A DNA stretch of 64,000 nucleotides, from the IMG/VR virus record IMGVR_UViG_3300025645_000060, positions 4,947-68,946 of that record, one strand, 5' to 3'. Of this stretch, positions 58,455-64,000 are shown one piece after another. The first letter of the stretch is position 1, and every line of letters starts with the position of its first letter. The DNA is from a virus. The position numbers were made by a program, and so were the translations under genes. The notes beneath the pieces are model-generated. The model saw nothing but the letters and a program-made list of their open reading frames with translations, did not search any database and was not told the DNA's origin.

Positions 58455-59645
58455 ATGGCTAAGAAAACCAGAACAAGACTCAAGTCTATACAAGCAGAGG
58501 TTCTAGGATTAAAAGTAAAAAAGAATGATAAAGGTAGAGACTCCGCTAGATACTATCTTAATGAATCGCAACGGATTGAGCTAGGTCTGCCAGCTATACC
58601 TAAAGAGCGTAGATTCGTAGAGATGATTAAAAAGTTCGATAAGAATGATAATATCATTTCAAGGACTGAGAAGCTACAGAGCGAGCCGATAGATGTGCCT
58701 GATAATTTTGAAGTGACTCAAATAAGTACCAATACTACAAGTGGTATACAATGGATAAGAACACGACCAAAAAAGGGCGTAGCAGGGGAGAATGATATAA
58801 AAGAGCTGCATGATAAATTCATAAAAGAAGTTAAAAAATACGCTTTTAAGTACCCTACTTTTAAAAGATCTAAATCAAAAGAAAGTCATTGCTTAGTTTT
58901 TGATCCTGCAGACATTCACATAGGTAAGATATGCAGCAGTTTTGAAACTGGAGAGACTTACAACAGCCAAATCGCAGTAAAAAGAGTAAAGGAAGGACTA
59001 CATGGTATCTTAGATAAATCTAAAGGGTATAAAATAGATAAAATTATCTTTATCGCTGGAAATGACATACTACACGTAGATAATGCACACAGCACGACTA
59101 CAAGTGGAACTGGTCAAGACACAGATCAGATGTGGTATGATAACTACAATATGGCTAAGAAGTTGCTTGTTCAAATAATAGAAACGCTTTTAATTGTAGC
59201 GGATGTAGAGGTAGTATACAACCCAAGTAACCATGACTTTACACATGGATTTATGTTATTGGATAGCATAAGCTCATGGTTCCACAATTGCAAGCAAGTA
59301 AAGTTTAATAACGACATGAGCCATAGAAAATACACCGTTTATGGAAAAAACTTAATAGGCAGTACACATATGGATGGTGCTAAAGTGGACAAGCTGCATG
59401 GGTTAATGGCTGAAGAAGCAAGTCAATTTTGGCATGGTTGTAAGCATAGGTATATTTATGGGCATCATGTTCATCATAAAACATCTAAAGACATATTCAG
59501 TGTTTGCATAGAGACTTTAAGGAGTCCAAGTGGCACGGATAGCTGGCATCATAGAAAAGGTTTTCAACATGCACCGCAAGCTATAGAAGGATTTATACAC
59601 CACAAAGAGCATGGGCAAATAGCACGATTGACACACATATTTTAA
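58455..59645 (+). CDS. calcineurin-like metallophosphoesterase (phage B)
   Basis: ADIH, GND.LH, NHD and GHHVHH motifs. Confidence 0.8.
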   Translation: MAKKTRTRLKSIQAEVLGLKVKKNDKGRDSARYYLNESQRIELGLPAIPKERRFVEMIKKFDKNDNIISRTEKLQSEPIDVPDNFEVTQISTNTTSGIQWIRTRPKKGVAGENDIKELHDKFIKEVKKYAFKYPTFKRSKSKESHCLVFDPADIHIGKICSSFETGETYNSQIAVKRVKEGLHGILDKSKGYKIDKIIFIAGNDILHVDNAHSTTTSGTGQDTDQMWYDNYNMAKKLLVQIIETLLIVADVEVVYNPSNHDFTHGFMLLDSISSWFHNCKQVKFNNDMSHRKYTVYGKNLIGSTHMDGAKVDKLHGLMAEEASQFWHGCKHRYIYGHHVHHKTSKDIFSVCIETLRSPSGTDSWHHRKGFQHAPQAIEGFIHHKEHGQIARLTHIF

Positions 59646-59649
59646 CTAG

Positions 59650-59910
59650 ATGCGGACAAAAAAAGAAATCCAAGAACTAGGAATGAATATAGTAGAATCT
59701 GCCAAGAATGTAAGTTGGAAAAATGCAGAGCAACTCCATCGAATAACTAAGAATATCTACTACCTCGAACGCTCTATTCAGTTACTAGACCAGTATCCAT
59801 CAAAAATAGATCTACTATTCTTAAAAGCTCAACTAGCAACATCAAAAGATAAAGCAGACAAAACAACTGTTGATTGTATTAATTACATTCTAAAGATATC
59901 GGCTCATTGA
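59650..59910 (+). CDS. hypothetical protein
   Basis: ORF. Confidence 0.55.
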   Translation: MRTKKEIQELGMNIVESAKNVSWKNAEQLHRITKNIYYLERSIQLLDQYPSKIDLLFLKAQLATSKDKADKTTVDCINYILKISAH

Positions 59911-60012
59911 GCTGGTGCTGTCGTTGCAGCATTTTGATGTTCTGGAACGCTACCAATTAGGCAGCTTTATGTGGGGAGATGATCACGAGGTGAAACGTGG
60001 TTGTTTCCCTAT
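59911..60012 (+). ncRNA. candidate structured RNA, copy 2
   Basis: Homologous to 45556-45655; 16-bp G.U-rich stem around AGGTGAAA. Confidence 0.65.
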
Positions 60013-60227
60013 TTTCTATCCATAATAACCTTAATTAAAGAATAGAATAACTTACCAAGCGCAATCCATCTATTGAATTGATACCATTTAATCTGTTTGT
60101 ATATCCCATTAGGAAACAAGATGAATGTAGCTTCTGTTAGTTTATTGAATAACATAATAATAATAGACTCCTTCTCTAGCTGATCTAGGTTGGTTGTAAT
60201 TTTCTTTTCGTAATTTCTTAGGATCAT
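60009..60227 (-). CDS. small amphipathic protein, paralog of 40480-40683
   Basis: FPNGIY...W..LGKL; overlaps the endolysin stop. Confidence 0.7.
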   Translation of the reverse strand: MILRNYEKKITTNLDQLEKESIIIMLFNKLTEATFILFPNGIYKQIKWYQFNRWIALGKLFYSLIKVIMDRK

Positions 60228-60751
60228 ATTAAATCTAAATTGAACGGAGTGTATCCGTTTCCGTTGGTAAATAAAGTTGTCTTTTGTTTGTTTTTAATTG
60301 GATCGGTACTATACGACACATGAACCCATCTAGGAGAGCTTAATCCTTTAACTGTCGGATGGTCATCATATTCCCATATCAACTTATAGTAATCCATATT
60401 CCGTAGTATATAAAGGAATATATCTCTATTATAAACTCCTAGTTTTTGTGAATATGAATCATCTATATCTATAGCGGCCACATCACTTGTCACCATATGG
60501 TCAGATGTCTTTGATCCTCCTATCATTTTATTTAATTGCTTCGATCTATAGAAGCTATTAATTTTTAATGGGACACCCATATTAAGTCTTAGCGGCTGAA
60601 AGAAATCTTTAGCTAGATGCTTGATCACTACCATCTGCCTGAAGTTTGGCTTGTTTTCTATACCTTGCCTCGTGGCTGTTTGTGACCTCACCACTTCATT
60701 CCATGATACATTATCGGAAATTCTACTGTCCATCTCTATTAGTATTTTCAT
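60224..60751 (-). CDS. peptidase M15 family endolysin
   Basis: INSFYRS..LN..IGGS..SDH...AIDI...WVHVS. Confidence 0.9.
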   Translation of the reverse strand: MKILIEMDSRISDNVSWNEVVRSQTATRQGIENKPNFRQMVVIKHLAKDFFQPLRLNMGVPLKINSFYRSKQLNKMIGGSKTSDHMVTSDVAAIDIDDSYSQKLGVYNRDIFLYILRNMDYYKLIWEYDDHPTVKGLSSPRWVHVSYSTDPIKNKQKTTLFTNGNGYTPFNLDLI

Positions 60752-60753
60752 AA

Positions 60754-60969
60754 TTAATGATCACAATTTATTTGCTCGATCTTGAATTCTAGCACTAAAA
60801 TCTGATGCTGTAGATCAGCTATTAACTCATTACATTCTACATATCTAGTTATATAGGAGTCCTGTCTTTCTATTGATAAGTTCCATACACCTAATATCTC
60901 TCCTACTAATCCAGTAGACACAATAGTAGCTAATATAGCCAACCAATTACTTTTTATTTTTTCCCTCAT
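60754..60969 (-). CDS. single-TM lysis-associated protein
   Basis: N-terminal TM plus coiled coil; next to the endolysin. Confidence 0.55.
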   Translation of the reverse strand: MREKIKSNWLAILATIVSTGLVGEILGVWNLSIERQDSYITRYVECNELIADLQHQILVLEFKIEQINCDH

Positions 60970-60989
60970 ATCTAAGTTTCTATGTACTT

Positions 60990-61024
60990 AAAAAAATTCA
61001 CCCAGCAGATATTCCGCTGGGTGA
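60990..61024 (-). terminator. intrinsic terminator
   Basis: TCACCCAGC/GCTGGGTGA plus U-tract. Confidence 0.7.
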
Positions 61025-61030
61025 TATTAC

Positions 61031-61243
61031 TTACTTAATTGGTTCGTCAATTACGTGCCTCTCTGGATTCTTAATGAACCCATAAATAGTTAAAGCAAAA
61101 CCTATTATAGTTTGTACTGCTCCCCATATAGAGTCTAGGTTCTGGTTCACGAAGCTAAAGATATCTACAAAATTATCCAATCCAAACAAAGTTAGTACTG
61201 TACCAACTGCTGTTAAGATATGTCTCAATGCACTTTTTTTCAT
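61031..61243 (-). CDS. small two-TM holin-like protein (phage B copy)
   Basis: Close paralog of 2738-2947. Confidence 0.65.
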   Translation of the reverse strand: MKKSALRHILTAVGTVLTLFGLDNFVDIFSFVNQNLDSIWGAVQTIIGFALTIYGFIKNPERHVIDEPIK

Positions 61244-61286
61244 GATCTTATTTATTTAATGATTAAAAAATTATTGTTATTTTTGA

Positions 61287-64000
61287 TTAATACGCTCGTT
61301 TTACTGTTAATTTTAAATCGTTATATTCATAATCTGTATCGGTAACACTATCGAGTTTTAGTTCTATGTATTCTCCAGCATTGATTTCTATGTCATCTGT
61401 AAAATTAATGGGAAAAACCGATTCAATCGCTTTAAATTTATGCTGCTCAACTTGTACACCATTTACCCATATCTCCAGTTGTAACATTTCATCTAATGTG
61501 TACCCTGTAATGTCTCCCCTAACTAGTACCGTATACATTGCCGTACTGTCAACGGTGATTCTCTCCGAAGTAGTTGATGCTGTTGTGTTTATCTCTTCGC
61601 CCCACTTATTACTGAAATTCACTGTGGTAGCAGATGTGGTAGATATCGTTTGAAAATTGGATTCCAGACCACCATAAGCAACATTCAGATTAATAGTATT
61701 GCCATCACTAATAGCCAAGGTCGAAGATGTTAATGTAAGTGTTTGATCGTCTAATGCTGCATCAACCCACCCCATACCTCCTGTCACCTTACTCCACACT
61801 TGACCATTAACTGGTGCTGCTCCTACGCCTAGAAATGTAGTGCCATCAAAATAGGCATTACCGCCTTCCATGTGCAGTTCAAAAATAGGATCACTAAGTC
61901 CTATTCCTACATATTTGTTATCTACGTAAACTACACCAAGTAAAGTACTCCATGATATACTGGGTATAAGTGGTTGATCTGTTAAATCATCATATGAGCC
62001 GCTAAAAGGTAATGACGTTGTTACTAATTGATCGTTAGCATCTACTCCTACACCGTTTACGGCTGTGCCGCCTGTAAGGTCTGTTACTTTTAAAGAGCCG
62101 TTTATTTCTATTATATCATTATCAAACTCACCGTATATCAATGGAGTGGCTGTCGTTGAATTATCTATATATAATCGGTTGTCCGATGTATTATTTCTTC
62201 CTGCGTTGTGACCTATTGAGACAGAACCTTCTGTGCCTACATACCCCGCAAATGCCCCAATTGAGACCGAACTACCACTAGAGCCATAGCCGCTATAGAA
62301 ACCTATGCCTGTATTATAATCTCCGCTTGCATTGCCTAATGCTAATGTACCCATAGATATATTATGGGTTGATGCTGGGTCTATACTGCCCGCTGATCTA
62401 TATCCTATTGCTACATTATTAGTGCCGATGGTTAATTCTTCCAATGATCTTGGCCCCATAGCAAAATTATCCGACCCAGATGTTAATGCCTGTAAGCTTT
62501 CGTAACCTAACCCCAAATTTTTAGACCCCGATGTTAATGCTTCAAAAGAGGCTGTACCTATTCCGATGTTGTTACTTCCAGTAAATGTTGTATTGCCAGC
62601 TCTATTGATAAATAGATTATCTAGCCCAGCGTCAAAATATACACTCCCTACTACGTGTAGGTTACTTCCGTATGCTGGCGAACTTATGCCTATACCCACA
62701 TCACCATCCATATAAACAGCATCTAATGGATCAGTACCATCCACAAACTTTCCATCAGCCGTAGTCAAATCTACTTCAACTAACTGACCGTTAGCATCAA
62801 ATGCCGCTGACTTTGTTGCTGCGCCTCCGATTCGGTCTGATATTCTTACATCACCAACTACATCTAGTTTGGCTGCTGGTGTGTTCGTTCCGATGCCAAC
62901 ACCAGACGACTTAATCACGAAGTCATTGGTTAGGTAATTATCGCCAGTAATGTCGACAAAAAATTTATCTGCTACTTGTCCATTACCAGTTGCTCCGTAA
63001 CTCACCTTATAGTCGGATAATCCTACTGCTCCAGTTGGTACAACACCACCAAGCACCCTAGCCCATCCACCAATATAAGATGATGGATACTCTAAGGAAT
63101 AGCCATAATAGGGAGCACCATTAGACATTACTAGATTAAATTGAGCAGAATTATCCCCTACTCTTATCTGTTCTGCGTTATCTAATTGCAATGTGCCTCC
63201 TATCCCTACATCGAACGCATAATCTATGCCGCCAACCACATAATCCCATTGCTCACCGTCAACTAGTTGTCCATTAGCATCAAATGCCGCTTGCTCAATT
63301 GGAGTGCTCCCAATTCTATCTGACACTCGCAAGTCTCCATTTATATCTACAGTTGCCGATGGATCAGTTTTCATAAATCCCACTTTACCATCACTTTTGA
63401 TCCTTACTTTTTCCGACAGAACCTCTTCATAACTTGTACCGAATGCTAAGTCTGAACTCCAATCCCCATCTGACTTCACCCCAAAAGCATTGACGTTGAT
63501 TGTTGAAATTCTTGGCGTTGTTTCATAAGTCCCATCTATTGCTAACCCACTTGAGAAAGTTGTGTTAAGACTTGGTGTTCGGAATAAATACCCAGCACCA
63601 GATAGTGAACCAAACTCCACACCAGCAGTAGATGTAATTTGGTAAGAAAAAGGGTCTGTGGCAGTAGTATACGATGGAATATCTTCCCCATGTTGTTGAA
63701 CAAATTCTAATAAACCGACTATGTTAGTAGTATCTTGGATTTCATTTGTGCTGCTTGTGTCATTGTCTATACTTATGTGATAAGTGCCACTCGTATCTGT
63801 ACCGATCCCATCTGCACCGTACTGCTGTACATAAGTGAGCAACCCATCAATATTACTAGTGTCTTGATTGTCTGTATTATCTAGATATGGCAATAGGTCA
63901 ACAAAGTTTCCATCTTCAATATATAATGTATTGCTAGATATATTAATAGTCTGGTCATCTGTGTTAGTATAGCCACTTAAATCTACACTATTACCCTCTG
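61287..64000 (-). CDS. tail fibre/adhesin-like protein, 5'-partial (frame open to the window edge)
   Basis: Shares modules with 3334-7557; no stop between 63893 and 64000. Confidence 0.8.
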   Translation of the reverse strand, partial: EGNSVDLSGYTNTDDQTINISSNTLYIEDGNFVDLLPYLDNTDNQDTSNIDGLLTYVQQYGADGIGTDTSGTYHISIDNDTSSTNEIQDTTNIVGLLEFVQQHGEDIPSYTTATDPFSYQITSTAGVEFGSLSGAGYLFRTPSLNTTFSSGLAIDGTYETTPRISTINVNAFGVKSDGDWSSDLAFGTSYEEVLSEKVRIKSDGKVGFMKTDPSATVDINGDLRVSDRIGSTPIEQAAFDANGQLVDGEQWDYVVGGIDYAFDVGIGGTLQLDNAEQIRVGDNSAQFNLVMSNGAPYYGYSLEYPSSYIGGWARVLGGVVPTGAVGLSDYKVSYGATGNGQVADKFFVDITGDNYLTNDFVIKSSGVGIGTNTPAAKLDVVGDVRISDRIGGAATKSAAFDANGQLVEVDLTTADGKFVDGTDPLDAVYMDGDVGIGISSPAYGSNLHVVGSVYFDAGLDNLFINRAGNTTFTGSNNIGIGTASFEALTSGSKNLGLGYESLQALTSGSDNFAMGPRSLEELTIGTNNVAIGYRSAGSIDPASTHNISMGTLALGNASGDYNTGIGFYSGYGSSGSSVSIGAFAGYVGTEGSVSIGHNAGRNNTSDNRLYIDNSTTATPLIYGEFDNDIIEINGSLKVTDLTGGTAVNGVGVDANDQLVTTSLPFSGSYDDLTDQPLIPSISWSTLLGVVYVDNKYVGIGLSDPIFELHMEGGNAYFDGTTFLGVGAAPVNGQVWSKVTGGMGWVDAALDDQTLTLTSSTLAISDGNTINLNVAYGGLESNFQTISTTSATTVNFSNKWGEEINTTASTTSERITVDSTAMYTVLVRGDITGYTLDEMLQLEIWVNGVQVEQHKFKAIESVFPINFTDDIEINAGEYIELKLDSVTDTDYEYNDLKLTVKRAY

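Noticed and set aside
59911-60012. Hammerhead ribozyme or retron msr-msd identity for the ncRNA candidate
   Set aside because: No CUGANGA core and no reverse transcriptase nearby.
1-64000. Alternative genetic code (stop-codon reassignment)
   Set aside because: Core genes are intact and densely packed under the standard code.

Overview
Phage DNA with a probable Bacteroidota host, inferred from TAnnTTTG promoter boxes, A-rich translation starts and Q-rule signal peptides. The window appears to join two tailed-phage genomes. Phage A (1 to ~46 kb) is a siphovirus with recombination genes, a tail module, tape measure, capsid, portal and a PBSX-type terminase. Its capsid and major tail proteins resemble my recollection of Bacteroides phage B40-8/B124-14. 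Phage B (~48-64 kb) has a P27-type terS, HNH, primase-VirE with an adjacent origin, YqaJ, helicase, VRR-NUC, an M15 endolysin and a partial tail fibre. The most notable feature lies at their junction (44.1-48.0 kb): nine attC-like hairpin sites delimiting integron-like gene cassettes. In five of six intact cassettes the left end is complementary to the cassette's own attC arm over 13-21 bp apart from one mismatch at a fixed position; the sixth is more degenerate. All cargo genes are inverted relative to classical integrons, and no integrase is present in the window. Other highlights are a structured ncRNA candidate found once in each phage with a covarying stem, tail-module proteins with cleavable signal peptides, a -1 frameshift tail chaperone and a PAS-cupin gene in the tail operon. 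All calls are by eye; no searches were run.
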